Origin: Carcharhinus amblyrhynchos
Lineage: Eukaryota
DNA: 64,000 nucleotides
Assembly (NCBI GenBank): GCA_965287045.1
Contig: OZ336890.1
Coordinates: 30,132,001-30,196,000 of the forward strand
Reading direction: 5' to 3'
Shown: positions 1 through 14,000 of the stretch, piece after piece
Position numbering within the stretch: position 1 is the first letter of the stretch
How the letters are laid out: the number at the start of each line of letters is the position of its first letter
The notes under the pieces: generated by a model
The model's database searches: none
What the model saw: the letters and a program-made list of their open reading frames with translations, nothing else
Told to the model about the DNA's origin: nothing
Made by a program: the position numbers and the translations under genes

Positions 1-790
1 ACACCCACATTCCACAATTGTGCAGCCCCCACAAACTCACATTCCACACACATGCACCCTTCATTGGAACCCACACAAACCTGCAACCGCACCCCCCCAC
101 ACGCTCACACTGCACACATCCAGACCCCACATGCGTGCATTCCCTGCATACTCACACCCACACCGCACCCACTCCACAAAAGCATATACTTGCACAGCAT
201 GCACTTTCACATCCTCTGCACACCTGAACAATAGCTCACACACAAACAGCTAGCAGCAGGGCTGCAGTATCAAGCACAATCAATGTGACGTTCCAGGCCT
301 GCACCACCCCCTCCCCCACCCTCCCATCCCTGAACATCTAGATTGCCACTGGGGGTTTGTAAACTCATGTCCCATGGATCACTTTCTGACACTTGGATCA
401 AATTTCATGTTTTGAAGTTTTGGGTGTGTCTTGCCCAATGCCTCTCCTGTCCTCCAAAGTGGTGGGTAGGTCAGGGGCAAAAGCAAAGGTGGCAGGCAGG
501 CCATCCACTGTCTTTTATTATTCATATCTCATATCTTTAAACACACAGGCAGATGGCCATAAAATTCCCCCATCATCCTAAATGACTTTGGTTAGAAAAC
601 TGTTGGTGTACCCATCATAATTTTCCAGAAATTTGTTCATTTGCCTGTGGATTGGAAAGTAGTAACTATCATTTCATTTTTCATTTTTTTGGGATGTTAT
701 TTATATTCACTACAGTGAAGACAGATGTAAAGATAACCCTTTGGCTCATCCAACAGTTCTTTAATTTCCACAGTTATACTTGTAGAAACA

Positions 791-1611
791 GTGGCAAGTG
801 TGAGGTGGTCCACTTTGGTAGGAATAATGGTAGGAAGGACTATTACTTACGTGGCGAAAAACTGCAGCAGGCGACGGTGCAGAGGGACCTCGGGGTCCTT
901 GTGCATGAGTTGCAAAAACCCAGCTTGCAGGTGCAGCAGGTGGTCAGGAAGGCGAATGGGATGCTGGCCTTCATAGCAAGGGGGATTGAATATAAAAGTA
1001 GGGAGGTCTTGCTGCAGCTGTATAGGGCATTGGTGAGGCCGCAGCTGGAGTACTGTGTGCAGTTTTGGGTGCCGCACCTGCGCAAAGATATTTTGGCCTT
1101 GGAGGGAGTGCAGAGGAGGTTTACTAGGCTGATACCGGAGTTGAGGGGGTTGAGCTATGAGGAGAGGCTGAATAAACTAGGCTTGTACTCGTTAGAGTTT
1201 AGAAGAATGAGGGGAGATCTCATTGAGACTTATAAGATGATGAATGGGATGGATAGGATAGAGGTGGAGAGACTCTTCCCGCTCAAAAAAGACAGTAGGA
1301 CTAGGGGGCACAGCCTCAAGATAAAGGGGGGGCGGTTTAGAACGGAGTTGAGGAAGAACTTCTTCACTCAAAGGGTGGTGAATCTCTGGAATTCTCTGCC
1401 CGTTGAAGTGGTGGAGGCTGCCTCGCTAAATATTTTTAAGACGCGGGTTGATGGGTTTTTGATAAGAGAGGGGATTAAGGGTTATGGGGAGAGGGCGGGA
1501 ATGTGGAACTGAGCCACGACAGATCAGCCATGATCTTATTGAATGGCGGGGCAGGCTCGAAGGGCTAGATGGCCTACTCCTGCTCCTACTTCTTATGTTC
1601 TTATGTTCTTA
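791..1611 (+). mobile_element. CR1-clade LINE, 5'-truncated (RT C-terminus and 3' UTR)
   Basis: GKCEVVHFG...RPQLEYCVQFW...RRMRGDLIETYK...RVVNLWNSLP; (TTCTTATG)n tail. Confidence 0.95.
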
Positions 1612-2400
1612 TATTTCTACCTAGCTTTCTCTGATAATCCTCCCTTCTTATTAATCTTTTAGTTATTCTTTGCTGTTCCTGGTATTGTGACCCATTGACT
1701 CTCCTACCACTCATCTTTGTGGAATTATACACTTTTGCTTTAAATTTGATAATGGGCAGGTATTCCTCCCCCTCTGTGGCACGTTTTGTGATGGTGGAAG
1801 GCAGAATGCTGCTCACTGGCGGCAAGATCATATGGTTCTGCCATTATAAATAGATTATTCCTATTGAATACGCACCTCACCGCTGAGAAATCCATGGTAG
1901 ATACGCCACCAGCAACTACCTTTACCTTCTTTAGTTGGCCACAGATGATGATGCGTCCTTCTCTTTGGAGTCTTTATTTCTCACTGGAATGTGTCTTTTC
2001 TGAAGTACTTTCTTAAATGATTGACATTGCATTTCTACTGACCTTTTTCTTAATTATTTTCTCAGTTCGTTTTTGCCAACTCTGTCATTCTGCCCTAATA
2101 ATTGCCCTTATAGGTGTTTAAAACACTAGTCTTAGATCAAGTCATCTCCCCCTCAAACTAAATATAAAATACAACCATATTATGATCACTGCTACCTACG
2201 GCACCTTCATGATGGAGTCATTAATTAATCTTGTCACATCGCACATTACCAGGTCTAGTACAGCCTGCTCTCTGACTGGTATTAGAATGTGCTACTTGAA
2301 GAAACTGTCCCCAAAAGTCTTAATGAACTTATCATCCAGGCTAGCTTGCCAACGTGATTTGTCCAGTGAATCAATGGGAACTTCCTGGAATCCATAATTA
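1612..2400 (-). mobile_element. Old degraded CR1 ORF2 fragment
   Basis: QQRITKRLIRREDYQRKLGRNIRT and endonuclease-RT linker remnants; interrupted by a small insert ~1755-1915. Confidence 0.55.
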
Positions 2401-4939
2401 GAGAAGAGTGACGCTTTGACATATATTTGTTGACTTAGCACGGATTGCGAAGTGTAGATCATGTCTGACTAATTTAGACAGCTTTTTTAAGGAAGTCGCT
2501 GGACGATGGATAAGGAAGTGTCTCTGGATGGTTTACATGGACTTTCAGAAGGCACTTTATCCTTATACCCAGCACAATGATAGTCAGACTGAAAGAGCGT
2601 GGATGTATATACAATCTTGTAACATAGGTTAGTTATTGGTTGGGAGGCAAGAGATAAAGGACCAGATTCTCTGACCTCGCCCACAGCTGAGATTCTCTAG
2701 TCCTGCTGCAGTGACTGGAGATTTGGTTGAGTGTCAAACATCTGTTCTCGCTGGCAGCAGAAGCAGGGTAGGAATGGCCGGAGAATTCCAGCCAAAATGT
2801 CAGTATGAAAGGAATATATGTGTCATGACTATTGGTGTCCCCTAGTGATCTGTACTAGAACATTAACTTCTCACTATATACATCTTGGATGAAGTAACTT
2901 GAATAGGATGTGTAACCTACTCCAGTGAAGATGCCAATGTGGGGAGAGGTGATGCAAGAATAAAAAAGTCTCAATTTTCTCACAAATATTCATAATAAAC
3001 ACAACAATTGGACTGAATGTTAAAAAAAGGTTGCTCCGCAATGTTGTTCCTAGTGTTATGATGACATCAGATGATAATTGTTCAGTAGTTCCAATCCCAG
3101 AGGGATTTCTGGACCACAACCCTTTTCTTCTGTATTCTAAAAAATGGGAAGAAACCGTGCTAATCTCAGCTGCAAAGAAATCCAACAACCCTTTTGGATT
3201 TAAAAAATTAAAACTAAATGATTTATTAGCAAGAATAAAATAAAACTTAAGCACATTCATAGTCACAAAGTTAAAAATCATATAAAACATTCCCCAAAAG
3301 ACCCGTAAGTAAATACCTTCCAGGCAGAACTCCCTTATACATTTTTAACTAGTCCAGGTATATTACCAAAGGCAGAACAGGTGCCACCTTCGTATAGCAC
3401 ATAACCTCACAACCTTACCTCCACTCTGCTGTGGAAATCCAAGACACTTGAAAAACGAGACTGCTTTGCAACCTAAGACTTCTCTAGCTTGACTCAGCTT
3501 GATGGCTGATTCGAACTTTGTATCTTCTGCCAAGGCCCGAAAATGGCCGCAATCGGGACCATGCCCGAAATGGGCATGATGGCCAGTTAAATGCATTTGC
3601 CTGTGTTTCACTTATTGGGCTGCACGTCCAACTTTATCAGCACTTCCCCCTTTACCACTGCGTTTGCCCAACCAGATTCAGCCCAAGCCAGACGTGCTCC
3701 ATAAAAGTTCGATTCAGGTGTCTAGCGTCCGACGGCTCTCTGCTTGAGGTCGGTGGTGGGGGGGGGGGGGGGGGGGTGGGGGGAGAGGAAGTCTGCTGCC
3801 ACTCTGCTTAAGGTCGATTGGGGGGTAGGGGGGGTGGGTGCGGGAGGAGGGGATGGGCCTGCGATCGGTCCAGATGGCACAGAGGTGGGGAGGATAAGGA
3901 GGCCAGTAATGTTGGGGGGTTGGAGCAATGGGAGCCAGGGGGAGGCATTATCCAGCCTGGGAGCACTGTGGTAGGGGAGCCACATTCTATCTTTTTTTTC
4001 TGCGCGTGCGCAGTTGGAAGGGGCTGATCAGAGCTGCAGAATTTTGTGTGCGTTAAGCCCCACCCACAGGCTTCTACAGCACAATTTTTTCAGGCACAGT
4101 GCTTATGGGGGTGCCTGAGAACAGGCCTAAAAGTCGGATCTGAATCACTCCCAGTTTCAAGTCTGTCCAGCACTTAGAATGAAAATGGTAAGTGGCAATT
4201 TAGGATAGTCAATCCACCTAACCTTTGGACTGTGGAAGGTAACCGGAGCACCTGGAGGAAACCCATGCAGACACAGGGAGAACGTACAAACTCCACACGG
4301 ACAGACAGTCACACAAGGCCGGAATTGAACCCTGGCATTGTGAGGCAACAGTGCTAACGACTATGTCAGTGCGCTGCCCCTAAATAGGGATATGCTGAAT
4401 GTAGCTGTGGAATTTTGCAACCGTTGAGTGAATCACCACACTTATTTTTGAGATTGGGACTCTACCACAATTCCAAGAAATGTGAGCTGGCAAATAGCAA
4501 GAACTGCAGCTTCTATCAACTCCAGCTGCAGTGATAGCCTGATTCTAACCAATTAGACCTCTTATTTCTTCAGTGTTCATACATCTTAAAAGGATCCAGG
4601 TCAGTTGGGGAAGCTGGAGCCAAAGCATAGAGCTCTTTATTGAGTTTATTCCCTTATTTGGTGTCACAACTTTATCATCTCCAATATTCCAGCGATCCCT
4701 TATTTATTTGTGCTTGAAAACAATTACAACCCAACTATGTAATCAACATGACAGGAAACAAATTTATCAATGTAATGGGCATGATATCAACCACACAGAT
4801 TGCATTAATAATTTTCATGATTAAATGTGAGTATACATGTTCAAAACAAGAGCCTGTTAATGCTTTGGTACAATTTTTCATGAAGCCTAGCAGATTAGCA
4901 GAAAATTTATTCCTAAAATCAATATCGTCCAGGTCTTCC

Positions 4940-5084
4940 TCATTCAGCATTCCCTGTTGGAAATAAAGTTCAATAATGAAATGTAAAGTTACTACTACTC
5001 ATTGCAAATTATAAAATATATTCTGAGAGAGTTGCATACCGATTAAGTCTGATGTTGCTGATTTGGATCATGATCTCATGAGCG
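4940..5084 (-). CDS. Candidate cytoplasmic-tail exons of the B7/PD-L-like gene (5084-5040 and 4953-4940)
   Basis: ttcattaaag|45 nt|gtatgc then tttccaacag|GG AAT GCT GAA TGA; phase-1 reading ALMRS*SKSATSDLI-GNAE*; minus-strand AATAAA at 4911-4906 and 4650-4636. Confidence 0.5.
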
Positions 5085-8000
5085 CTTTAATGAAAATGAA
5101 AATATTAGTTTTCGGGCAGCTTTTATGTTGGCAATGGTTACATTCATGCATAACATAATACATTGAACACTTTCCTGCCATTCTTTTTTCTGGTCATTAC
5201 ACTAAAGCACAAATAAGACATTAGTTAGTAGTGCAACAATCTAAAAAGTTACAGCCTTACTTAGCATTGCTTTATATGTGGTTGTCAATATATTAAAATT
5301 GTTAGCTTAATGTTCTAACTCTCATTTGGAAAATAAAATTGTTGGTCAATTTTAAAAATCAGTTCCCTGGAGTCCCATGAGCATAGCAAGCTGGAGCGCT
5401 CAATGATCTGATTTGACATCGAGTACAAAAGAATAAAGATCAAGGGGGCGATTCTCCTAGCCCACTGCACTGCTCTAGCAATGTAATGGGCCAGGGGACA
5501 TCAGAAGGCTGTTTCATGACCCCCTGAGCCTCTGTGCGTTTCAGGGGTCAAAATCTTTAGTGCCATCAGCTCTGCACCTGAAATTGGCATGGAGCTGATT
5601 TCAATAGTTAAATTATGAATAGCATATCGTTAAAGGGCCCGGACTGAAGTCTCTGGGCCCACTAGTCTATGGTATGGCTCGCTCCAACAGGGTTTACTAC
5701 TACTCCCCATGGCCAGAGATCCTGCTGGAGGAATCAGCGGCCATGGAGGCCTCCTCCTCAGTAGGTCAGAGTGAGGGGAGTGGCCTCTGGGCAGTGCCAG
5801 CATGGCCCCCTGGCAGTGTCCAACAGGCAAACTGTCAATGGCCGAGGGGCACATTGGCACTGCCCATTGGGCATCGGGCAGTGCCAAGGGGGCAGGGCCT
5901 ATTGGGGGACAGGGCTCATAGGGGGTGATCGGTGGGGATATCCCACTGCCACTCTGCACTGGGATTGTTGGCAGAAGGAGGTAAGTTGGTGATCGGGGCT
6001 GGCCATTGGGGTCATTATGGTGGATGGAAGGGGTCAGGGCTACTGGGGGAGTTACAGCTGCTGGGGTGGGGGGATAATCAGGACTGCCGGGGAGGGTTGG
6101 AAGACATCGGGATGGCCGGAAGAAGCCCGGAAGGCTAGCGATCGGGGGGGTGATGGCGGGGAGGGGGCGGGCGGTGGTTCAGTGAGGATTCTCCTGTCTG
6201 GCCAGTGATCAGGAGCCTGGCAATATGGGGTCAGTGAGCATGTGCCAATTTCCATACTGACAGCTCAGCACCTGCACAGTGGCCCGCTCGTCCCTCTGGT
6301 GCCGGCCTCTTGAACGGAATAGGCCGTGTTCTGATTTTGAGAGGGAATCCCGCTAGCGCACTCTGCAGTGCTCAGAGTGTGGAAGATTCAATTTGAAAAT
6401 CCCGCGAAAGAAATCGACAGGAGAGTTACCCCTGTTTTCACATGAAATGAGGACTTCGAATTTTTTGGGGAGAATCCTGGTCCAGTGGACCCCATGCAGT
6501 TATTGGAATTCAGTCAGCTGATGTCAGCCAGAGCAGATACTGGGGACGTTCAAATTATACTTAGTATCTTTCAGTTAAGGTGAACTAATATCAATCAAAA
6601 TTTCATTTGCTGAATGCTATTCAGTGACTTTAGCTGGAATAACCTTTCCATCGTCAAGAGTGACTATTTCCACCTATCTTTGTCATTGCCTCAGCCCATC
6701 TGCTGCTCAAACTCTCATTAACGCTTTCATTCCCTCCAATCTCAAATATACTAGTTCTCTCCTGGCTGGCCTCACATCTTTCACCCTCCATAAATGTGAA
6801 TTCTGGTGTCTATAATCCACCTAGCATCAAATCCTGTTCTCTCACCTGCAAGCCATGCACTCCCCCCCATTCCCTACACACACTAACTCAACGCTCGCTG
6901 ACCTACATTAGCTCCCAGACCTCATAGCAAAAGTTGTCAAACATGTACTTAAATCATTTTTTTATCCTCAGTCCTCTCTATCTATCTTCACAAATTCCTT
7001 ACAGCCTTCAAATAATGTTTCATTCCAAAGGTTCTTGGCCCTTTGTGCATCTCCACCATTCGTAGCTAGTCTGCCTTCACCGTAAGCTCTGGAATTCTCT
7101 CCTAAAACCAAATTGATTCTTCACCTTTCTCCTTTAGAATTACATTAATTTTCATCTGCTTGCACTCCTGTGAAGTGCTTTAGATTCATCATAGAATCAT
7201 ACAATGCAGAAAGAGTCCATTTGGCCCATTGAGTCTGCACTGAGAACAATCTCAACCAGGCCCTACCACAGTAACCCCACATATTTACCCTGCTAATCCC
7301 TCTGACACTAAGCAGCAATTTAGCATGGCCAATCAATGTAACCCACAGATCTTTGGAGTGTAGGAGAAAACTGGGCACCCAGAGGTAACCCAGGCAGATA
7401 CAGGGAGAATGTACAAACACCGCAGAGATAGTCACCCAAGGCTGGAATTGAACCTGGGCTCCCAGTGCTATGAGGCAGCAATGCTAACCACTGTGCCTCC
7501 ATGGGGATTTTTTACTCTGTTAAAAGGACAATATAAATGTGAGTTGTTTTTGGCACTGATCAAAAGTGATAGTGACACTGGGAGAAAACTGGACTAAACT
7601 CAGCTATCACCATCTTATTTTCATATAAGCTGCCTATATTTAATGTGAAAAGTGGTCACGTTGACAGGTGCAATTTTACACTCTGGGCAGAATTTAACAG
7701 GAGTGGAGTTTATAATAACTGAAGGGTTGATAGGGAACATATCCTTGCTGATGTCGGCCATCCCTCAGCCATTCAGCGAGTGTTAATTGGCTGGAGGTGC
7801 GGCTTCCATTTTATCACTCAGGTGGAAATCTTGCATCAGAGAGCGGTTGGCCAAGCTAATTGAGATGGCCACAGCTGGGACGACAGGGAGTCCCCAGTGC
7901 CAAAGCCCTGGAGCTAGATGCAGGTATGTACTGGGGGGTCTTTAGCTGAGAATGCAAAGGGCATCTCCAAGGCAATCGGGAGATTTTGTTAGAGAGGATG

Positions 8001-11000
8001 GAGGCGGGGCTGGGGGGGGGAGGAACAAACAAGGGGGAGAGAGGGAAGACCCTGGTTGAGGGAAAGCCCAATGTGGAAAGGGTGACAGAGAAGTAAACTG
8101 ATTTATTTGACAGGCCACCCAATCTTCAAACCTGCCCTTAAGGAATGGTTAAATTTTACCCCATAAGTCAGAGGGAGGAAGAGTGATTAGGAGGGGGTGG
8201 AGTAGGGGGAGGGGGGGTGGGAGGTGGACTTTAATGTTGCTTTGGAGAAGGAAAACATAATCTTGGAAAGCTCCTCAGCAAAAACAGTTCTGTCATTGCC
8301 CTTATTTGTGCTAATATTGTACCTTGAGATATACGATTTCCCCGGTTAAAGAACACCATCATTGCCAAAAGTGTGAAAATTATGATGATGAAGGGCAGAG
8401 AGAAATAAACACCAATAGATCTTCTGATTTTTGTTTCTTGTTGCTGATAGCTTCCTTCCTTTTTAGGATTGTCCAATCCTGAAATGGCAAATATATAATT
8501 GGCATGTTTAATTACAATTGATATCATGTTCTCCAAGAGCTTTACTTAAAACATCTTTTGTGTAAAATAGGATGGAGCAGATTATATTAATTTATGAGAT
8601 CATAGTGCCATGGGTTAAATAAATTATGTAGCAATGACTTAGCTATATAATTGTGCCTAAAAGCTTCCTCCAGATGATTAGACATTGCCCTTGGCCAAAT
8701 TGTAAGAATTAAGTGGCACTCAATGAATAGAACTTAGTTATGTTCATTTTAGATTCAGGAAACAGGAAAAAAATGACAGATAATGTCAACCGTAGATTGG
8801 GTTTCAGCAATATTACCAGCTTGCAGCAGGACATGCCAAGTGGAAACAGGGACTTACTGCCTGGAGTGCATTGAGGATCAGAAGTGATGTAACAATTTAA
8901 CTAACATCTCAGATTTTTAAAAAAATGCTTGTCATCTAAAATATTCAATACTGTAAAATTGTAAAAGAAATTTAAAAACATATATATTGTGCAGAAGTAT
9001 ATTGATGGGTTTTATTCAGGAGCAAAGTATAATAGACACTAGAATAAAAACAGAAAAAGCTGGAGAAACTCAAGATCTTGTTCAGGAGAATTCAAGTAAG
9101 AAGCAGAGGAAGTATTCTGAATTAAAGGGACAGCTGCAAAAATGAGATTTAAAGTCAGCTAGGTGAGAAGCCAGACATACAACGTAGATCAAAAGTTTGG
9201 TGGCACCTTAAACCAGCCTGTGAAGCAATGGTGTTCTGTTGGCAAGGTGTGGAAGCTTGAATGCAAGTGGCAAATCCAAGGCATATTAATATTGAGAGAT
9301 TGAAATGCTGGAGGTGGATCCTTGGCAGAAACATCGGAGAGAATGTTCTGCTTCGGGCAAGATTTCAGGCATGTTCTTTGAAAGGGGAGTTTGGCAACTC
9401 TCATATGGATATCAAAGTTCCAATGAGGCCAGTTGGTTTAGAGTGTGACAAGCATTTGAGGGGGAATTTGATGAGAAATCCACAGAAGTTGTTTTGGGTG
9501 GCATCAATCACTTGGTTTCAGAGTGTGGTTTGCCTGGCCACAATTGGCCTGTTGATTTGCACGAGAATGTTACAGAGTCTAAGATAAATTTGTAACTTGT
9601 GTTATCCTTACAAATCTCTATAGACCTGTAAAAGGTAGAATTGGTTGAATGAATAATGTACTATAGTTAACATTTTCTTGTTTAATAAATGTTTTATTAT
9701 TTTATTATAGGTTAAATGGCAGCCCTGTGACTCTGTTCATCCACCTCTGGAAATAAATTATAGAAGCTACAATCTATCCTGTTGGGACCTGACTACACAA
9801 TAGCAACATGAGAAACAATATGATTCTTCTTCAGAGTTCTGTTTCTCTGTACACAGATGCTGCCAGACCTGCTGAGCTTTTCCAGCATTTTCTGTTTCTA
9901 TTTCAGATTCCCAGCATTTGCAGTACTTCGTTCTTATTATATCAGACATTATGTTCACTTTTCCCACTAGATTACAAATGTAACATTAAAAAATGAGTCT
10001 GTGTCCCCTTGCAATCTGAATATCACACTTAAATGATATGCTATTGAGTATTTTTGATCAATCGATTATTTTAATGGATTCCCAAACTCTTACTCAATGG
10101 TTGCGAGCTTGCAGCCTTTTCTCTCAACTGAAAACGAGATTCCTCTTTAACCAAACTCCAAGCTTGGACCCAATTACTTGTCCTCTCTTGACATGTCCCC
10201 ATTGACATTGCCAACCATTCACTTCCAGTCAGACCAGCCTTGCCTGGGCCACTGGAAGTGGGCCTCCCATTTTCTTAACATTATTGCAGAGTTTCTCAGG
10301 TTCTCAGGCTCAGTGTTAGACGTCACATTCTCCAACTTCCAAAGAGACAGCTTTGCCAGCTGGAATGGTTCAGAAATTTGTGACATAAATTCGTGGCAGC
10401 TTCAGAAGCACCAAGAACTACTGCTGAGGGTTGCTAACATCAAACCAAAGCCACATGTTTCCTTAGCCTTACAAATGAAAACAGAATTAGGATGACCGTT
10501 TTCCTTAAAATATCTATACTATATAGAATAAAATGGTGTTCTCTTTTATGGCATTGTTAAAGTTCTAAGTAATAGTGGGCTCGTCCATAGGAAAATGCAA
10601 ATCAGTTTATGTTTTGTGATGCCAATGGGAATTGAATTAGGGTGCATGGAAAATAATCCAATTCTGGGATTGTATTATAAACAAAATCTCCTCTGGGGGA
10701 ATTTGTGAGTTATTTTAGGAAAGTGCAGTTTGAATTTTATGTTGCTAGTGGTGAAAGTGCCTGGGGTTTGGGAATACTTTCTCCAGACAGTATCAAAGTG
10801 GAAAGTCCCCTGTTAAGTACCAAAGAGTTTTGTTCCAAAACTCCATGCTTTCTGTTCCAACGCAAAGAAATACCTTAACTTAAAACTCAGGAGTCCATTC
10901 CTTACAATGCTGGCTTTTCCTCATATTTCCTGCTAATCATATCTCTCAGTTAAGAAATACAGCAAACACTACCTTAAAGAGATGTGTACATTTATATATT

Positions 11001-14000
11001 TATATTTATTTATTAATGTCACAAGTAGGCTTACACTAACACTGCAATGAAGTTACTTTCAAAATTCACTAGTCGCCACAATCCGGCACCTATTCGGGTA
11101 CACTGAGGGAGAATTTAGCATGGCCAACGCACCTAACCATCGTGTCGTTTGGACTGCGGGAGGAAAGTGGAGCAGCTGTAGGAAACCCATACAGATATGG
11201 GGAGAACATGTAGTGTCCCCATAGCCAGTGACTCAAGCTGGGAATTAAACCCAGGTCCCTGTAGATTAATAATCTCACTTTAATTTTTCCCTTCAGATTG
11301 TCAGCCCATCACATTTTGTTAAGTATGTTTTGCACTATACCTGTGAGCACTTTACATTTACAGTGCTCAAGGCAACCACAACTCACTAATGATTTTATTG
11401 TATGTGAGCTCTTGGGTTAGCATCATTTGCAGAGATATTTCCCTCAGTCCATATCTTTTCTTTCTGGCATGTGTACTAGACCAATGAAAATCATGGAAAA
11501 AAAAAGCCTGCATCAACTTACTTGCAGATGTGCATACATTTTCAATGCATACAGAGCAACTGTAGTTTATGTACTGCCGTTCGTCAATGACTGAAATGTA
11601 AGAAGTGATGTTGTACAACTTATCCTCCATTTGTATTATGCTGGAATTAGCATTTAAATTGATTCCATTTTCAATCTGCCAGTGAAGTTCTGCCAAGGGA
11701 TACCCAACTGTGGTACAAGAAAGACCTTTCTCACCACCTCGGTTGCTTTTGGTGACTTGGCTGAAAACATGTTTTACAAGTTTAATGTTGCAACTCCAAG
11801 TTAGTGATGTACAGCTGGATTTAACAAGACCAGCTCCAATAGCATCACAAACATTATAGGTTGAGTTTCCACTGATTCATGATGACCTCTTTAAAAATGA
11901 CAGGTGGGACCAATTCTGGGATTTCCAATCCTACCGCTGGGCTGTTTGACTTCCAGAAGTGCCTTTAAAGGATGCTGGCTTGTGACCATCAAACATTGAC
12001 AGCAGGAACTCCCCATTCATTGTGGAGCTCCACACATCCTAGTCCTCCAACATACTCATGGAGTTGGGCACAGTCTTTCATGAGTCATTGTTCATCCCCT
12101 TCCAAAGGTCTCCTCATGAACCCTACTTTTTACAAGGGGTCTTTTAAAAAGGTGATTGCCAAAGATCCTCTTCAAGCTCTTTATAACAAACTATGCCCCT
12201 GCACCCTCCCCCATGGCCCCTCAATCCCCCAATGTCAAATCATGGCATCCTACCCATCCTGATGGTCCGATGGACCCTCATACACCCATGTCAACTTTTG
12301 TCTCTTCACTACCTCTCAAGGCCCCTGGTGTCCCCAGTGCCAAGCTATGGTACTGCAATGCTTATTGACCTATTAATAAACTGTATAGTACAGCAATGAG
12401 CCCTATAATTAAAGTAGGATGTGTAAAATAAGCTTCAAAAAATTCATTCATTCATTACTTTCTACTCTGTTAAGGAAGTCACATTATGACAAGGGAATAA
12501 AGATATCAATCAGTAAGACCCTTTAATTTATCAATAACAGAAATCATAAACTCTTCAAACTGCTTCGCCTTCTGTAAAAAGAGTGAAATTGACCATATAG
12601 ATCAGAGTGCTGGACCTATCAGTGAAGCAATGTTTTCTCTGGGGTGCAGCTATTTAAGAAGTGTAATAGGGCTTCGTCAGTTCGCAGCAAATGTTCATGA
12701 TGTATGCTTGTCTAAGAGCCCAGGCATCCATTACTCTGTAAAGATCCATTATTCTTGAATGATGCAGTGAACACAAGTGAATTCTGTGTAGAAATATTGG
12801 GATAGAATCATATAATCATAGAGCCCTACAGTGCAGAAAGAGGCCCTTCGGCCTATCATGTCTGCACTGAACACAATCTCACCCAAGCCCTACCCACATA
12901 TATTACACCCACTAATCCCTTTAACCTACACATCTCTAGGTACTAAGGGACAATTTCTTATCATGGCCAATCAACCTAACCCGCACATCTTTGGACTGTG
13001 GGAGGAAACCGGAGTACCCGGAGGAAACCCACGCAGACACAAGGAGAACATGCAATCTCCACACAGACGGTAACCTGAGCCAGGAATTGAACCCAGGACC
13101 CTGGAGCTATGAAGCAGCAGTGCTAACCACTGTGCTACCGTGCCGTCCACAGTAGATAGTACATCTAAATTTTCATCCATGAGATTGGCAATGGGATTGG
13201 GAAAACTTATGGCTCAGCAAGCCTGTCTCTGGAGAAAGTGGCCATAAGACAAGATCTTCATTGGTGGGCGGGTATGGGCTGCAGTTGAGCCAGCTGACCC
13301 AGGAGAAGCACTTTCTGGAAGCAGAATGTTTAAAAGGCCTCTCCAGTACCTCAGCCAAGGTGGTTGTTTGTCATTTGTGAATCCTGAAAGTAAATTATGA
13401 CATGATTTCAACCACTGGCACCTTAAAACCAAGCTCAATCACTTTGTCACCCAATGTCAACTCATACATACTTTCAGAAGGTAGTATTGGAATTAACCAG
13501 ATACAGGGATTCTGTCTGATTTTATGCCATTATAGCCAATTTCAGACATACATGGCAAGCAATATTAAATCAACACAAGTATTTATCTATCCTTAGGAAC
13601 ATGAGACCATACTGACACAGAAAAGACCACTATTACAAATATTGATGTAACTCTATTAGTTTTCATCTTCAATGCCTGATTTGAAATATTTCAATCTCTT
13701 GTACTGTCCTCGTGACAAAAAGGGATTTTCTTTACCTACCTTTAACCAAAAGTTCTATATCTTTTGTTTTAAAACCACCGGATCCACAGTCTAGGAAAAG
13801 CTGATATTTTCCTTCATCCAAAATTTCCGTTTTGTTAATTATCAATATTACATTTCCTGGATTTATGAGACACCTTCTTGTTTCCAGGGCATTTGTTCCA
13901 TTTTCGCCTGTACATGGGATTTTAGTACCATTCACGTGAGTCCAACTACCGTTACATTCTTTCTGCGTTTTTGTCTTGTACTCACAAGCCAAAACAGTGC

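Noticed and set aside
652-790. Hydrophobic N-terminal extension on the CR1 ORF (also 52470-52683)
   Set aside because: Chance read-through of flanking DNA from non-ATG starts into 5'-truncated LINEs.
8785-9800. Possible solo LTR in the intron
   Set aside because: Only generic features (AATAAA, TG...CA-like ends); no TSD or second copy confirmed.
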